Source: an uncultured Syntrophales bacterium (GTDB taxonomy: Bacteria > Desulfobacterota > Syntrophia > Syntrophales > JADFWA01). Taken from it: 57,103 nt of DNA. Positions 28,904-42,486 of this stretch are shown piece by piece; the first letter of the stretch is position 1; each line of letters opens with the position of its first letter. Both the position numbers and the translations under genes were made by a program. The stretch covers positions 1 through 57,103 of the forward strand of contig CAYVXX010000001.1 of assembly GCA_964454305.1 (NCBI GenBank), written 5' to 3'. The notes under the pieces were generated by a model. That model searched no databases. It worked only from the letters and a program-made list of their open reading frames with translations, and was not told the origin of the DNA.

Positions 28904-29274
28904 TTATAAACTTCCTCTGGATTGAATATTTTTTTTCCAATAACATCCACCTTACCATCGGATAACTTTCTATAAAAACATGTATTGTAACCGGTATGAC
29001 ATGCGGCTCCTCCTACCTGTTCTACTTTAAGTAGAACTGTATCGGAATCACAATCTATCATAATATCCTTAACCAGCTGAACATTGCCGGATGTTTCACC
29101 TTTAACCCACAAGGTATTTCTCGATCGACTCCAGTAAGTAGCTTTACCCGTTTCCAGGGTCTTTGACCATGATTCCTTATTCATATAGGCCAACATCAGT
29201 ACATCTTTAGTCCTATAATCCTGAACGATAACCGGTACAAGCCCCTCACCCTTCTTAAAATCTAATTCTACCAT
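28900..29274 (-). CDS. hisI: Phosphoribosyl-AMP cyclohydrolase
   Basis: [24 protein letters not shown]...CF. Confidence 0.95.
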   Translation of the reverse strand: MVELDFKKGEGLVPVIVQDYRTKDVLMLAYMNKESWSKTLETGKATYWSRSRNTLWVKGETSGNVQLVKDIMIDCDSDTVLLKVEQVGGAACHTGYNTCFYRKLSDGKVDVIGKKIFNPEEVYK

Positions 29275-29527
29275 AAATTAACCCCTTATTTCACTGTAAG
29301 ACTATGATATTATAAACCAAAACATGAAGCTTTCTTTCAGTTTGAACATCATAATATAATTGAAAAAATGCTTTATATCAAGAATTATATTTTTTTGATT
29401 TTTGTCTTGCCTACACATATTTTTTATGTTAGTTACCCTTATATCATAATATCGCAGAATTTAACTCTGATTTCATCAGAACATTTATTCTGATCCTAAA
29501 TCTTTAAAATAAAAGGAGGTTATAGCT

Positions 29528-29890
29528 ATGACAGTGTTAGCAGGTGGTGTTGCAGCGGCAGTTTTAGGTTTTTTTGGTCTTATCTTTTGGTGGAAACCAT
29601 TTCTTATTTTACTTGCCGGTGGAATTCCCATTGCGCTTTTATTGGGAGGCGGGCTTGCAATCTACGTTGGAATAGATGAATTTAAAGACAAAAAGGAAGA
29701 GAAGATAGTAGAGGCAAATAAAGAAAAAGAATTAGAGGAAGCCAAAAAAGAATTAGAACAGGCTAAGGCCAAGGCGGAACGGTTAAGCAAGGCCCAAGAA
29801 GACCTTCAAAAGGCAAAAAACGAAGCAGAAAAATACAAAGAAGAGCTTGAAAATATAAAAAAGAACGCCAAGAAAAAAGCGGAAAAATAA
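29528..29890 (+). CDS. Small two-TM membrane protein with a C-terminal coiled coil (N-terminus resembles MamI)
   Basis: AAGGAGG RBS; Gly-rich TM hairpin with WW and GxxP; Lys/Glu heptad tail. Confidence 0.75.
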   Translation: MTVLAGGVAAAVLGFFGLIFWWKPFLILLAGGIPIALLLGGGLAIYVGIDEFKDKKEEKIVEANKEKELEEAKKELEQAKAKAERLSKAQEDLQKAKNEAEKYKEELENIKKNAKKKAEK

Positions 29891-30204
29891 TCTTTTCTTC
29901 CTCCGTAAATCATCGGGAAGAATGGCAAGAAACCTTCTTTTTTTAAAAACAATTTTTTACTGCCAAGACAATGATAAAAGCCAACTTGCACCAACATAAA
30001 AGTCACACCTATCTTAATATCTACAAGTATTAAGGCCTGCTGCCTGTCTCGAAGAGACGGGTAGGCAGGCTTTCCAAAAATTACCAATTTGCTTTCCCAA
30101 TTTGTTTACAATATAAACAGGAAATGATAGTATTTTTTTTTTTGATGAATGCGTTTAAATCTTAAGAGAGAAGATACTTTCAAAAAATACCTCTGGAGGA
30201 CAAA

Positions 30205-31245
30205 ATGAAAAAAGAGAATATACTTTTATTGACATTCTTAACCTTAACTTTTTTAGCAGCATCTATTATGCCGTACGGTATCTCCGATGCAAAGGCCGCT
30301 ACCGTTGATCTCACTTACAGTATCTTCTTCCCTGCCACTCATGGCCAGTGCAAGGCTGGGGTATCATGGGCGAAAGAAATAGAAAAACGAACCAATGGAA
30401 AGGTAAAAATCACCGTTTTCCCCGGAGGAACCCTGACAAAGGCAAATCAGTGTTACGACGGAGTTGTCAATGGAATATCAGATATAGGAATGTCATGTTT
30501 TGCCTATACGAGGGGGCGCTTCCCGGTAATGGAAGCTGTTGACCTCCCCTTCGGGTATCCAAACGGTCAGGTCGCCACACATGTGGCCAACGAATTTGCC
30601 AAAACAATTAAGCCAAAAGAGCTTGATGATGTAAAAGTTCTTTACATCCACGCACATGGACCCGGCCTCCTCCACACAAAAAAGGCAGTCAGGACATTGG
30701 AGGACTTAAAAGGCATGAAAATAAGATCTACCGGTTTGAGTGCAAAGGTTGTAGAGGCACTCGGTGGCGTGCCGGTGGCAATGCCACAGGGCGCAACCTA
30801 TGAATCTCTACAAAAAGGGGTTGTTGAGGGTACTTTTGGCCCTATTGAAGTTCTCAAGGGATGGAAGCAGGGCGAGGTCATAAAATACACAACTGAATGC
30901 GATGGCATTGGTTACACAACTGCCATGTTTGTGGTGATGAACCTCAAGAAGTGGAACTCTCTCCCAAAGAACATACAGAAAATCTTTGAAGATGTGAGCA
31001 ATGAGTGGGTTGATGTCCACGGGAAAGTCTGGGATTTGAACGATTCCGAAGGCCGCAAATATACTTTAAGCCTCGGCAATAAGATAATTCCCCTTTCTAA
31101 AGAAGAAAATCTCAGGTGGAAAAAAGCGGTCAGTCCTATGATAGATAATTATATAAAGACCACCAGAGAAAATGGTCTGCCGGGAGAAAAGGCAGCAAAG
31201 GAAACAGAAAGCCTTATTAATAAATACCGTAAGATTTATAAGTAA
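30205..31245 (+). CDS. dctP: TRAP transporter substrate-binding protein
   Basis: Signal peptide, [35 protein letters not shown]. Confidence 0.92.
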   Translation: MKKENILLLTFLTLTFLAASIMPYGISDAKAATVDLTYSIFFPATHGQCKAGVSWAKEIEKRTNGKVKITVFPGGTLTKANQCYDGVVNGISDIGMSCFAYTRGRFPVMEAVDLPFGYPNGQVATHVANEFAKTIKPKELDDVKVLYIHAHGPGLLHTKKAVRTLEDLKGMKIRSTGLSAKVVEALGGVPVAMPQGATYESLQKGVVEGTFGPIEVLKGWKQGEVIKYTTECDGIGYTTAMFVVMNLKKWNSLPKNIQKIFEDVSNEWVDVHGKVWDLNDSEGRKYTLSLGNKIIPLSKEENLRWKKAVSPMIDNYIKTTRENGLPGEKAAKETESLINKYRKIYK

Positions 31246-31274
31246 CTGCTATCGGCTAAAAGCGGCGGCTTGGG

Positions 31275-31357
31275 ACACAAAGGCACATAGTTACAAAGGC
31301 ACAAAGTAAAATTACTTTTTTCTTTCTTTGTGCCTTTGTCTTTGGTACTTTGTGCCT
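31275..31357. repeat. Inverted octamer array (CACAAAGG / CCTTTGTG)
   Basis: cacaaaggcacatagttacaaaggcacaaag...ctttgtgcctttgtctttggtactttgtgcc. Confidence 0.65.
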
Positions 31358-31456
31358 CTATTATACATATAAAATCAAACTAAAGTATTCGCCTGAAGGT
31401 AAGGTTTTACCCATTCCCCTAATGGAAGAAAACGAGAGAGAATAGATAAACAAAAA

Positions 31457-31942
31457 ATGACCCGTTTAGAAAAATCAATCCTTTCAATAACACAGAAATT
31501 TAACGGGGTAGCGGCGGCGGCAATTGTAATAATGATGGTACTTACATGTGCTGATGTCATTTTACGTTTTTTCCGTCACCCAATTCCCGGCACCTATGAA
31601 ATGGTTGGCCTTTTAGGTGCCATCGTTGTCTCATTTTCCTTAGCTCACACTTCAGCAATGCGGGGACATATCTCCGTTGAATTTATTGTTCAAAAACTCC
31701 CCAAAACGGCACAAATTGTTATTGACGGTATCAACTCCCTCCTCGGTATGGCCCTTTTTGGATTGATAACATGGCAGAGCTTGTTGTATGCATCAAGTCT
31801 GATGCATACCGGAGAAGTCTCGCTGACATTACAGATGCCGATTTATCCCTTTGTTTACGGAATAGCCATAGGCTCCGGAATGCTCTGCGTGGTATTATTA
31901 ATAGATTTCCTCCAATCACTAAAAAGGATAAAACAAAAGTGA
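31457..31942 (+). CDS. dctQ: TRAP transporter small permease
   Basis: Four TMs, DVILR, GHISVE. Confidence 0.9.
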   Translation: MTRLEKSILSITQKFNGVAAAAIVIMMVLTCADVILRFFRHPIPGTYEMVGLLGAIVVSFSLAHTSAMRGHISVEFIVQKLPKTAQIVIDGINSLLGMALFGLITWQSLLYASSLMHTGEVSLTLQMPIYPFVYGIAIGSGMLCVVLLIDFLQSLKRIKQK

Positions 31943-33240
31943 CCCCCACGATTGTAGGCTTAATCGGTCTCGGTGCCCTCGTTCTGCTCATTTTTTCCAG
32001 AATACCGGTCGGTTTTATCATGGCTATAATCGGTTTTCTGGGATTCGGCTATTTAGTCTCTTTTGACGCAGCAATGAATCTCGTCGCAAAGGACATTTTT
32101 TCGGTATTCGGGTCGTATAGTCTGACAGTTATACCGCTGTTCGTCTTGATGGGACAGCTTTCATATCACGCGGGAATAAGCAGCAGGCTTTTTAACATGG
32201 CATATAAATTTATGGGACACTGGCCCGGAGGGCTTGCCATTGCCGCGATAGGAGCATGTGCCGGCTTCGCTGCGATTTGCGGTTCTACTAATGCAACAGC
32301 GGCTACCATGGCAGCAGTTACACTCCCCGAAATGAAGAAATATAATTATAAAGCGGGACTGGCAACGGGTGTGGTTGCCGCGGGCGGGAGTCTCGGAATA
32401 CTCATACCGCCAAGCGTTATCTTCATCATCTATGGGATAATGACAGAACAATCCATAGGTAAACTGTTTATGGCAGGTATCCTGCCGGGACTGCTCCTTA
32501 CAGTACTTTTTATCCTAACGATAACCATCTGGACATATCTGAAACCCGAGATCGCACCAAGAGGTCCCAAAACAACCTTCAGAGAAAAAATAGCATCCCT
32601 CTCAGGACTGATTGAGACGCTACTTCTTTTCATTTTAGTGATGGGGGGACTCTTTGTAGGATTCTTTACGCCAACAGAAGCAGGGGGTATCGGCGCTTTC
32701 GGCACCCTTATCCTTGCCATCATCAGGCGCAACCTTTCCTGGCAGGGTTTTGTCACATCGCTTTCTGAAACGACACGGATTTCGTGTATGATACTTGTAA
32801 TAGTGGCAGGCGCCACGATCTTCGGACACTTTCTTGCCGTATCAAGGATCCCCTTTGATATTTCAAACTGGATATCAGGATTCAACGCCCCACCTTTTGT
32901 AATCATGAGCATGATCATCATGTTATACCTGATAGGTGGATGTTTCCTCGATGCCCTGGCACTTATTACGCTTACCGTGCCTATCTTCTATCCGGTGGTC
33001 ATCCTCATCGGCTATGATCCGATATGGTTTGGAGTAATAATCGTGCTAATAACCCAAATCGGCGTGATTACACCACCGGTCGGAATTAACGTCTATGTCG
33101 TCAGCGGTGTCGCCAGAGACGTGCCACTCGATGTTATCTTTAAAGGTGTCCTGCCATTTCTCCTGGCATTAATAGTAGGAACGTTTTTTCTGATCCCATT
33201 CCCCCAAATCGCCCTCTTCCTTCCCAGCCTGATGAGGTAA
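31939..33240 (+). CDS. dctM: TRAP transporter large permease
   Basis: IPLFVLMG, GSLGILIPPS, FTPTEAG, ITPPVGIN; GTG start overlaps the dctQ stop (GTGA). Confidence 0.92.
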   Translation: MTPTIVGLIGLGALVLLIFSRIPVGFIMAIIGFLGFGYLVSFDAAMNLVAKDIFSVFGSYSLTVIPLFVLMGQLSYHAGISSRLFNMAYKFMGHWPGGLAIAAIGACAGFAAICGSTNATAATMAAVTLPEMKKYNYKAGLATGVVAAGGSLGILIPPSVIFIIYGIMTEQSIGKLFMAGILPGLLLTVLFILTITIWTYLKPEIAPRGPKTTFREKIASLSGLIETLLLFILVMGGLFVGFFTPTEAGGIGAFGTLILAIIRRNLSWQGFVTSLSETTRISCMILVIVAGATIFGHFLAVSRIPFDISNWISGFNAPPFVIMSMIIMLYLIGGCFLDALALITLTVPIFYPVVILIGYDPIWFGVIIVLITQIGVITPPVGINVYVVSGVARDVPLDVIFKGVLPFLLALIVGTFFLIPFPQIALFLPSLMR

Positions 33241-33336
33241 ACACGATCTGTCCCCTTTATCTTATGCGCGTTTTGACTTGAAATAAAAGGACCCATTGTG
33301 GTAGCTTTTCCGGAAAAGCATACAGGAATACCTATC

Positions 33337-33792
33337 ATGACCAGCTTGAGATCAAGAATTCTCCCCATTCATATCATTCTCATCATAATCATCTTTTCCC
33401 TTTGTGGATGCTGCCTCTTTCCCAAAAAAGAACGGAGAGAAGTCACGAGGATGCTTGTAACCGCCTATGATGCGGGCCAGGAATCATGTGGCTGGAAAAA
33501 GAAGTATGGGTGTATCGGGCCGCCCGTTTACGCTTACGGACCAAGCAAGGGAAAGAGAAAAAAGGTCGGAATCACCTCAGACGGGACAAAGGCGAAAAAG
33601 GGGACCATTGCCGCAGACATAAGAAGATATCCTTACGGTACCAGAATGTATGTCCCCGGCTACGGCTGGGGTGTGGTTCACGATACGGGAAGCGCCATCA
33701 AGGGGAATCATATCGATGTATTCTTCAAAGACCACGATGATGCGCTGGAATGGGGCAGAAAATATTTAGATGTTAATATCATATGGGAATGA
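33337..33792 (+). CDS. 3D-domain (3 Asp) lipoprotein, peptidoglycan-related
   Basis: LCGC lipobox-like motif; VTAY, TIAAD, DTGSAIKGNHIDVF. Confidence 0.85.
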   Translation: MTSLRSRILPIHIILIIIIFSLCGCCLFPKKERREVTRMLVTAYDAGQESCGWKKKYGCIGPPVYAYGPSKGKRKKVGITSDGTKAKKGTIAADIRRYPYGTRMYVPGYGWGVVHDTGSAIKGNHIDVFFKDHDDALEWGRKYLDVNIIWE

Positions 33793-33799
33793 GGAGCAC

Positions 33800-34297
33800 T
33801 CACTCCTTACTGCAAATCGTTTCCTCTTTTTTCCTGAACACTTCAAAGAGAAGGATAACAGCCCCGATTGAAATAGCTGAATCCGCTATGTTGAAGGCAG
33901 GCCAGTGATAAGAAATTATATAGAAATCAAGGAAATCAACCACATCTCCAAACCGTACCCTGTCAATCAGATTTCCTACCGCCCCACCTAGTATAAGAGA
34001 AAGGGGGAAAGCAAAAAACTTCTCCTCGGCCTTGATCTTCCAGATGTAGCATATAATCAACAGTATGACAGCGATGGTTACTCCAATAAGAAAAAAGGAG
34101 CGGACCAGCGGCGAGGCACTGGCAAGAAACCCGAAGGCGGCACCGGTATTCCTGATATAGGTTATATTGAAAAGACCATCTATGACAGGAAATGAATCAT
34201 AAACGGACATGTTGGAACTTATAAAAAACTTGGTAACCTGGTCAAGAAGGACAACACATGCCACAACAGTAAAAGTAAATGAATATCTTTTTTTCAT
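33800..34297 (-). CDS. lspA: Lipoprotein signal peptidase
   Basis: DQVTK, NTGAAFG, GNLIDR, VVDF, WPAFNIADSAI; ATG overlaps the ileS stop. Confidence 0.95.
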   Translation of the reverse strand: MKKRYSFTFTVVACVVLLDQVTKFFISSNMSVYDSFPVIDGLFNITYIRNTGAAFGFLASASPLVRSFFLIGVTIAVILLIICYIWKIKAEEKFFAFPLSLILGGAVGNLIDRVRFGDVVDFLDFYIISYHWPAFNIADSAISIGAVILLFEVFRKKEETICSKE

Positions 34298-37086
34298 TAG
34301 AGATTTCCAAGGCACTTCTCGCAAATTGTGGGATGATTACCATCCACCCCTACCGTCTCGCTATAGATCCAGCACCTTTCGCATTTCTCTCCCCTGGCCT
34401 TTGAAACCCCTATTTTCAACCCATCAAATTCATCACTGGGGTATGGATCTTTAATCTCATCCTTATCAATAATATTGACCTGGGATACAATCAAGAGTGT
34501 CGTTATCTCTTCGCGGCACTCTTCTAAAAATTTACGAAGTTTTTCCGGGGCAAACATTTCAACACAAACATCAAGGGAATGCCCCACTACCTTATTCTGT
34601 CTGGCAGTTTCTATCGCCTTGGAAATCTCGCTCCTCAGGGAAATCAAGGTTTTCCACTTTTCATTCAAATTATCATCTAAATACTCGAGATTGACCTCAG
34701 GGAATTGCGTCAAATAAATACTTTCTTCCTTCCCATCATAATCAGGCAGACTCGCCCATACTTCCTCTGCAGTAAAGGTTAGGATCGGCGCCATGAGTCT
34801 TATCATTGAATCAAGTATTAAATACATGGCGCTTTGAGCGGATCTCCGCACCTTCGATGAAGGCCTTGAGGTGTAGAGCCTGTCCTTCAAGACATCCAGG
34901 TAAAGAGAACTCAGATCAACCGTGCAGAAATTATAGAGAGTATAGTAAACTACGTGAAACTGATAAGTATCATAAGCCTTAGTTGCCCGCTGTATAACCT
35001 CGGTAAGTCTATGGAGCAACCATCTGTCAATCCCCTCCATCTCATCATAGGGAACCATGTCCTTCTTACAATCAAAATCATACAGATTTCCCAATATGTA
35101 CCTGCTCGTATTGCGAATTCTTCTATAGGCGTCGACGAGACGTTTCAGTATCTCATCAGAAATCCTGATATCAGACCTGTAATCCTCGGCAGCAACCCAG
35201 AGCCGAAGAATCTCAGCGCCGTATTGATCGATGATTTCTTTGGAATCAGTCACATTACCAACCGACTTGGACATCTTTTTCCCTTCCCCATCGACCACAA
35301 AACCATGGGTAAGAACGCTTTTGTAAGGTGCCCTCCCCCTTGTCCCTACAGACTCCAAGAGTGAGGAATGAAACCACCCCCGGTGCTGGTCGCTTCCTTC
35401 CAGATACATATCTGCCGGAGAGCTGAGATTGTCCCGTTTTTCCAGTACCGCTGCATGGCTTACACCTGAATCAAACCATACGTCGAGTATGTTTGTTTCT
35501 TTCTTAAAGTCCTTTCCGTGACAAACAGGACAAACCGTTCCCTCAGGTAACAAGTCTTTAGTTTCTTTTTCAAACCAGACATCAGCCCCATATTCTCTTA
35601 CCAGCTGAACCACATGATCCAGTATATCCTTTGTCATCAAATCCTTTTGACAATTTTCACAGTAGAATACCGTAATAGGAACTCCCCACGAACGCTGGCG
35701 TGAAATACACCAGTCAGGTCTGTTCTCTACCATCCCATGTATCCTGTCACGACCCCAGGAGGGTATCCACTCAACATTATCTATCGCTTTAAGGGCATTG
35801 TCCCTGAGCCTGTTTTTATCCATGGAAATAAACCACTGTTCAGTTGACCGGAATATAATGGGGTTCTTGCACCTCCAGCAGTGCGGATAGGAATGGACCA
35901 TATTCGACAGTCCGAGCAGTGCCCCAACCTCCTTCAGTTTTTTATTAACCGAATCATTCGCGTCGAAGACAAACTCTCCGTTAAAGAAATCGACATCCGG
36001 TGTAAATTTTCCATCATCGTCAACCGGAGCATAATTATCCAGCCCGTATTCCAAGCCTATTTCATAATCTTCCTGTCCATGACCGGGGGCAATATGAACA
36101 CACCCCGTCCCCGCGTCAAGTGTGACAAAAGGAGCCAGGATAAGAACGCTTTCACGGTCAATAAAGGGATGCTTACACTTAAACCCTTCCATAACCGAAC
36201 CGCCAAATTCATCCAGGACTTCATAGTCCTTACCGTTATAGCCAAACGCATCCATACAATAATCGAGCAAATCTTTGGCAAGGATTAATGTTTCTCCCTC
36301 AACCTCCACGGCAAGATACGTAAAATCCTCATGGAAAGCGATCGCCAGATTGGCAGGAAGTGTCCACGGGGTTGTCGTCCAGATTACCACGCTGGTCTTC
36401 TTGTCTTTGAGTTTCGGCCGGACGGAAGATATATCAGATATTAGTGGAAATTTTACATAGATGGAGGGAGTCGTATGATCATCATATTCAACTTCCGCCT
36501 CCGCCAGGGCGGTCTTACACGTTGCACACCAGTAAACAGGCTTGCTCCCCCTATAGACATCACCATTTAAGAAAAGTTTCCCCAGCTCTTCGACGGTCGT
36601 TGCCTCGTAATCATAGTCCATGGTGATATAGGGATTGTCCCACTGCCCAAATACACCCAACCGCTTAAATTGTTCCCGCTGTATACCAACGAACTTTTCA
36701 GCATAAGCCCGACAGAGACGTCTCTTTTCTGCCTGGTTCATTGAAAACGCCTCATCACCAAGCTTCTTGTCCACCTCATGTTCTATAGGAAGCCCATGAC
36801 AATCCCATCCCGGTACAAAGACACTGTCAAATCCTGACATGTTCTTAGCTTTTACGACCATGTCCTTGATGATTTTATTCAAGGCAGTCCCGAGATGTAT
36901 ATCCCCGTTCGCATACGGCGGGCCATCATGGAGGATATATGTCTTTCTCCCTTTTGATGACTCCCTTATTTTTTTGTAAATATCTATCTCTTCCCAAAAC
37001 TTGAGTATTTCAGGCTCCTTTTGGGAGAGGTTAGCCTTCATCTTAAAATCAGTTTTCGGCAGGTTCAAGGTATCTTTATAATTCAT
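34297..37086 (-). CDS. ileS: Isoleucine--tRNA ligase
   Basis: [13 protein letters not shown] (HIGH-like), [14 protein letters not shown]-terminal CERC zinc site. Confidence 0.97.
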   Translation of the reverse strand: MNYKDTLNLPKTDFKMKANLSQKEPEILKFWEEIDIYKKIRESSKGRKTYILHDGPPYANGDIHLGTALNKIIKDMVVKAKNMSGFDSVFVPGWDCHGLPIEHEVDKKLGDEAFSMNQAEKRRLCRAYAEKFVGIQREQFKRLGVFGQWDNPYITMDYDYEATTVEELGKLFLNGDVYRGSKPVYWCATCKTALAEAEVEYDDHTTPSIYVKFPLISDISSVRPKLKDKKTSVVIWTTTPWTLPANLAIAFHEDFTYLAVEVEGETLILAKDLLDYCMDAFGYNGKDYEVLDEFGGSVMEGFKCKHPFIDRESVLILAPFVTLDAGTGCVHIAPGHGQEDYEIGLEYGLDNYAPVDDDGKFTPDVDFFNGEFVFDANDSVNKKLKEVGALLGLSNMVHSYPHCWRCKNPIIFRSTEQWFISMDKNRLRDNALKAIDNVEWIPSWGRDRIHGMVENRPDWCISRQRSWGVPITVFYCENCQKDLMTKDILDHVVQLVREYGADVWFEKETKDLLPEGTVCPVCHGKDFKKETNILDVWFDSGVSHAAVLEKRDNLSSPADMYLEGSDQHRGWFHSSLLESVGTRGRAPYKSVLTHGFVVDGEGKKMSKSVGNVTDSKEIIDQYGAEILRLWVAAEDYRSDIRISDEILKRLVDAYRRIRNTSRYILGNLYDFDCKKDMVPYDEMEGIDRWLLHRLTEVIQRATKAYDTYQFHVVYYTLYNFCTVDLSSLYLDVLKDRLYTSRPSSKVRRSAQSAMYLILDSMIRLMAPILTFTAEEVWASLPDYDGKEESIYLTQFPEVNLEYLDDNLNEKWKTLISLRSEISKAIETARQNKVVGHSLDVCVEMFAPEKLRKFLEECREEITTLLIVSQVNIIDKDEIKDPYPSDEFDGLKIGVSKARGEKCERCWIYSETVGVDGNHPTICEKCLGNL

Positions 37087-37156
37087 TTAAATCTCCTATG
37101 TTTAAGACGGTTCACACCTACCACAGACAACTGATACTTTCAAGTAAAAGTAGAAC

Positions 37157-37192
37157 AAAAAAAGCCCCTTGCCTTATGGCAGGGGCTTTTTT
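37157..37192 (-). terminator. Rho-independent terminator after groL
   Basis: aaaaaaagccccttgccttatggcaggggctttttt. Confidence 0.85.
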
Positions 37193-37217
37193 ATACGTCA
37201 ATTTAAGCGGCGACGGC

Positions 37218-38885
<1,668 letters not shown>

Positions 38886-39176
38886 TTACTTTTCAATCAC
38901 TCCGAGAATGTCGTCTTCTCTCATAATAATGTATTCGACTCCATCTATCTTGAATTCCGTTCCGGCATACTTGCTGAAAAGCACCTTTTCACCTGGTTTG
39001 ACATCGGGTTTCACCAACTTACCCTCTTCGGTTTTCTTTCCTTTTCCTACGGCGATTATTTTGCCCTCTGCCTGTTTCTCTTTGGCAGTATCGGGAATTA
39101 TGATCCCCCCCTCTGTCTTTTCCTCTTCTTCCAGGCGCTTAACAAGAATTTTGTCATACAATGGTCTAATTTTCAT
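38886..39176 (-). CDS. groES: Co-chaperonin GroES
   Basis: [32 protein letters not shown]; start moved to 39176 after a GGAG RBS. Confidence 0.97.
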   Translation of the reverse strand: MKIRPLYDKILVKRLEEEEKTEGGIIIPDTAKEKQAEGKIIAVGKGKKTEEGKLVKPDVKPGEKVLFSKYAGTEFKIDGVEYIIMREDDILGVIEK

Positions 39177-39422
39177 TCCTACGTCTCTCCTTTCTAAATT
39201 ATAATCACTTATGATATTTCTATCTCGCCTTTTTATTTGCAATCACAACTATAATAAACACAAATTTTGCGATGTCAAGCGATGGGTAAAAATATTTTAA
39301 AAATAAACTTCGGATATTTCAAAGCGCGATAATCCCATAGAATATTTATTTCCAATATGTTAAACGTATCGCGATGAACCATAACAACAATCAAGAGCAT
39401 GACCATTTAAAGGAAATCCGCC

Positions 39423-40172
39423 GTGTCGGCAAATAAAAGAACAAAACTCTTTCTTCATCTTAAAAAATGGATGGAGAAGGCAATTATAGAACATAATATG
39501 CTCGAAGAAGGAGACAGAATTCTCGTTGCCGTCTCCGGAGGTGTAGATAGCCTTGTATTACTTGATCTTCTCAGCGGCCCGACGTATCTTGCTGTTCCCA
39601 AATTTCCCCTGCTGGCAGTCAACATCGATCTAGGCTTCGACAACGATGACGGCAATCGTTTACTTTTGGAAAAACATCTTGAGGAAAACGGTTGCGAGTA
39701 TATAATAGAAAAATCTGACATAGGGCCACTTGCCCACAGCGATTACAATAAGAAGAATCCCTGTTTTCTCTGTTCAAGACTGAGGAGAAAAAGGATATTT
39801 GAAATGGCCGATGAGACAGGTTGTAATAAAATTGCCTTTGCTCACCATAAGGATGATATAATAGAAACACTTCTTCTCAATATCTTCTACGCGCGGGAAA
39901 TCAGCACCATGATGCCAAGCCAGTCGATCTTCGGAGGGAAACTGCATATCGTTCGTCCTCTTTCATATATAAGGGAAGACTTGGTTAAAAAATACGCAAG
40001 GGAACAGCAGTTGCCCGTTATTGAAAACAGCTGTCCCACAAGCAAGGTTTCCCGGAGGACGTATATCAAGAAACTCTTGAATGAAATGGAAAAAGAAAAC
40101 AAGGATATTAAGGAAAATATTTTTAAGGCGATGGGTAACGTAAAGACCGACTACCTGCTGCAGAAAAGATGA
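39423..40172 (+). CDS. ttcA: TtcA-family PP-loop tRNA thiolase
   Basis: SGGVDS PP-loop, [25 protein letters not shown]. Confidence 0.8.
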   Translation: MSANKRTKLFLHLKKWMEKAIIEHNMLEEGDRILVAVSGGVDSLVLLDLLSGPTYLAVPKFPLLAVNIDLGFDNDDGNRLLLEKHLEENGCEYIIEKSDIGPLAHSDYNKKNPCFLCSRLRRKRIFEMADETGCNKIAFAHHKDDIIETLLLNIFYAREISTMMPSQSIFGGKLHIVRPLSYIREDLVKKYAREQQLPVIENSCPTSKVSRRTYIKKLLNEMEKENKDIKENIFKAMGNVKTDYLLQKR

Positions 40173-40630
40173 AAAACACAGAAAAAATAATATGCCAGAA
40201 TAAAATGGCAAGGCGAAACTACTTCATTGAAGACACATATGAAGCAGGCATTGCCCTTGTCGGCACGGAAGTGAAGGCCCTGCGCCAGGGCAAGGGTAAC
40301 CTCAAGGACAGCTACGCCCGGGTAAAAGATGGGGAGATTTATTTATACGACATGCACATCAGTCCCTATTCGCATGGCAACAGGGAAAACCACGACCCGC
40401 TCAGGACACGAAAACTGCTCCTCCATAAAAGGGAAATTAAAAGACTCTACGGTAAGACAAGGGAAAGGGGCCTGGCCCTGATTCCCTTAAAAGCGTATTT
40501 CAAGGATGGGAAGGTAAAAATAGAGATAGGCACCGGCAAAGGTAAAAAACTATATGATAAGCGCCAAAGTCTCAAGATTAAAACAGACAGGCGAGAGATG
40601 GAAAAGGAATTCAGGAGAAAGAACCGGTAG
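40169..40630 (+). CDS. smpB: SsrA-binding protein
   Basis: [30 protein letters not shown]. Confidence 0.97.
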   Translation: MKNTEKIICQNKMARRNYFIEDTYEAGIALVGTEVKALRQGKGNLKDSYARVKDGEIYLYDMHISPYSHGNRENHDPLRTRKLLLHKREIKRLYGKTRERGLALIPLKAYFKDGKVKIEIGTGKGKKLYDKRQSLKIKTDRREMEKEFRRKNR

Positions 40631-41276
40631 CGAACGCATAGGCCACAAATTCCCCTTCATGACTGAGACTGATATCAACCCCCGCGTGGCAATCATTTAC
40701 ATAGACGATCGGAGCCCCCAGACCGCGTGCCCCTCTCGGACGGCGAATTTCAATCTCGTCAGGTTTCCGATTCAAATATAATGACAGGTGCTTTTTTGCA
40801 GCCTCACGTACAGCAGATGATTCAAAATACGGCGGGGCGTTCAAGGTATTACTTATACGCTTTACTCCCCAAACAACTGAATCCACACCCTCAGGTAATC
40901 CTGACGCTCCAATACAGTGGATAGAATCACGTGTCTGGAAAGTTTTGATGAGGATATCACCACGCGGCGTCCTCACAGATCCTGAAATGATGTAACAACC
41001 GGAACAACTTCTACTCAATTGTATTACATCCCCATCAAAACTTACATTATATGCACGGGGAGCGGAAGGAACAGCAGGATAAGATTTACTGACAACCTTG
41101 TAAGCTGCTTCCTTTCCGGCCCACAATGCCCAGAGCATAACATCGGGGTTAGCCGAACTAAATATCTGCTTCTGCTCACCTTGAGTGAAAACCCGGTTTA
41201 TGAAGCGAATATCCTGACTCTTTCTCCTGGTGCTCGGATTGGTCAAATCCACTATGTCGTTGCCGACATGTTGCAA
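40611..41276 (-). CDS. 4'-phosphopantetheinyl transferase
   Basis: [21 protein letters not shown]; GGAGG RBS before the TTG start. Confidence 0.85.
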   Translation of the reverse strand: MQHVGNDIVDLTNPSTRRKSQDIRFINRVFTQGEQKQIFSSANPDVMLWALWAGKEAAYKVVSKSYPAVPSAPRAYNVSFDGDVIQLSRSCSGCYIISGSVRTPRGDILIKTFQTRDSIHCIGASGLPEGVDSVVWGVKRISNTLNAPPYFESSAVREAAKKHLSLYLNRKPDEIEIRRPRGARGLGAPIVYVNDCHAGVDISLSHEGEFVAYAFATGSFS

Positions 41277-41997
41277 AGTAGGTTTCCTCCATTGAAGACA
41301 AGCGCTTTATGATCTGCCAGGCATAATCCCGCTGTGCCCGGAGCCCCTTCTGTTTTGTTTGGGGTTTAAATGTGTCTATGCTTATGGTAAAACGCTCACC
41401 AATCTTAGGAATGTTGCTGTAAGCATCCTGATGATCGCCACGCATATATACACACATCACATGACAATCATCATGGTTTTTAATAAACTGGCCCACTCCA
41501 TATGAAAAAGTTTCGGCATTTACCCGACCGGTACGTGAACGCCCCCCCTCGGTAAATATCATCAAGCTCTGCTTTCTGTTCAGGAGATAATCACACTTAT
41601 CCAGAACAGATTTCATTTGATCCCGGTCACCACCACGGCTGACAGGGATACATTTTGCCAGATAACATATAATAACCAAGAATAAGTTGCGCTGAAAATT
41701 AGCGCTCTCGGGAAGATTCCATGCAAGCAATCTATATTGAAGCATGTAACGATATAACGGCAGCATTGCCACCGCCAGAATCGCCGAATCTATCATGGTC
41801 AGATGATTGGGGCAGATAAGCCACGGTCCCCTGTGTTTTTTGAAATGAAGAAGACATTCCCTCCTTATTTTCTTCAAATCCCTTACCCTGTATCCCATCA
41901 ATATGGAAGCAAGATAAGAAAGGGGGCCAACTATAAAAACGGCCAACCGTCCCAGGAAATGCTGAAAACACAATGACCATTTTGTGAAATTTTTCAT
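41176..41997 (-). CDS. PlsC-like lysophospholipid acyltransferase
   Basis: NHLTMID (HX4D) and FTEGGRS blocks. Confidence 0.85.
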   Translation of the reverse strand: MKNFTKWSLCFQHFLGRLAVFIVGPLSYLASILMGYRVRDLKKIRRECLLHFKKHRGPWLICPNHLTMIDSAILAVAMLPLYRYMLQYRLLAWNLPESANFQRNLFLVIICYLAKCIPVSRGGDRDQMKSVLDKCDYLLNRKQSLMIFTEGGRSRTGRVNAETFSYGVGQFIKNHDDCHVMCVYMRGDHQDAYSNIPKIGERFTISIDTFKPQTKQKGLRAQRDYAWQIIKRLSSMEETYFATCRQRHSGFDQSEHQEKESGYSLHKPGFHSR

Positions 41998-42005
41998 TGT
42001 CTGTC

Positions 42006-42251
42006 CTACGCTAATTTAGCCTCAATAACCTCTACGGCATCACCGATAGTCCTAATTTTATCCGCTTCATCATCATCGATCTCGATGCCGAAGACATCTT
42101 CACATTTAATGATGACATCCACCAGGCGTGCAGAGTTGACCTGCAGGTCGTCTAAGATATGGGTATCTTTTGTGGCGGCCTCAAGTACGGCCACATCTTT
42201 TGTGTAAGGTTTAAGAATCTCTACCATTTCCTTCAATATTTTCTCATCCAT
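42006..42251 (-). CDS. Acyl carrier protein (NS rather than DS attachment motif)
   Basis: Acidic 81 aa protein; DDLQVNSARLV...EDVFGIEIDDDEADKIRTIGDAV. Confidence 0.9.
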   Translation of the reverse strand: MDEKILKEMVEILKPYTKDVAVLEAATKDTHILDDLQVNSARLVDVIIKCEDVFGIEIDDDEADKIRTIGDAVEVIEAKLA

Positions 42252-42486
42252 TTTTTCAAACTCCTATTAAATTTTACTTGATTTAAAACAAATTTACAGT
42301 TCCCTGCAGCGCGAGCCACAAGGAACCTTCCAAGCGCAAGGGATTCCCCGTTATTTTCGGGGATTCTCCTGTTATATATTTTTGAGGGAAGTTCGAAAGG
42401 CATCCCCTCAAAGTAACGCCTTCTTCAAAGAACTCATTTAATTAGTGGAATTAGAAACGCTCGCTGACCCGCAAAAACCGTCATGA

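Noticed and set aside
39177-39422. CIRCE operator upstream of groES
   Set aside because: No TTAGCACTC-N9-GAGTGCTAA found; only a TTGACA-type promoter candidate.
40631-40800. tmRNA next to smpB
   Set aside because: The region is occupied by the PPTase gene and no tmRNA termini were recognised.
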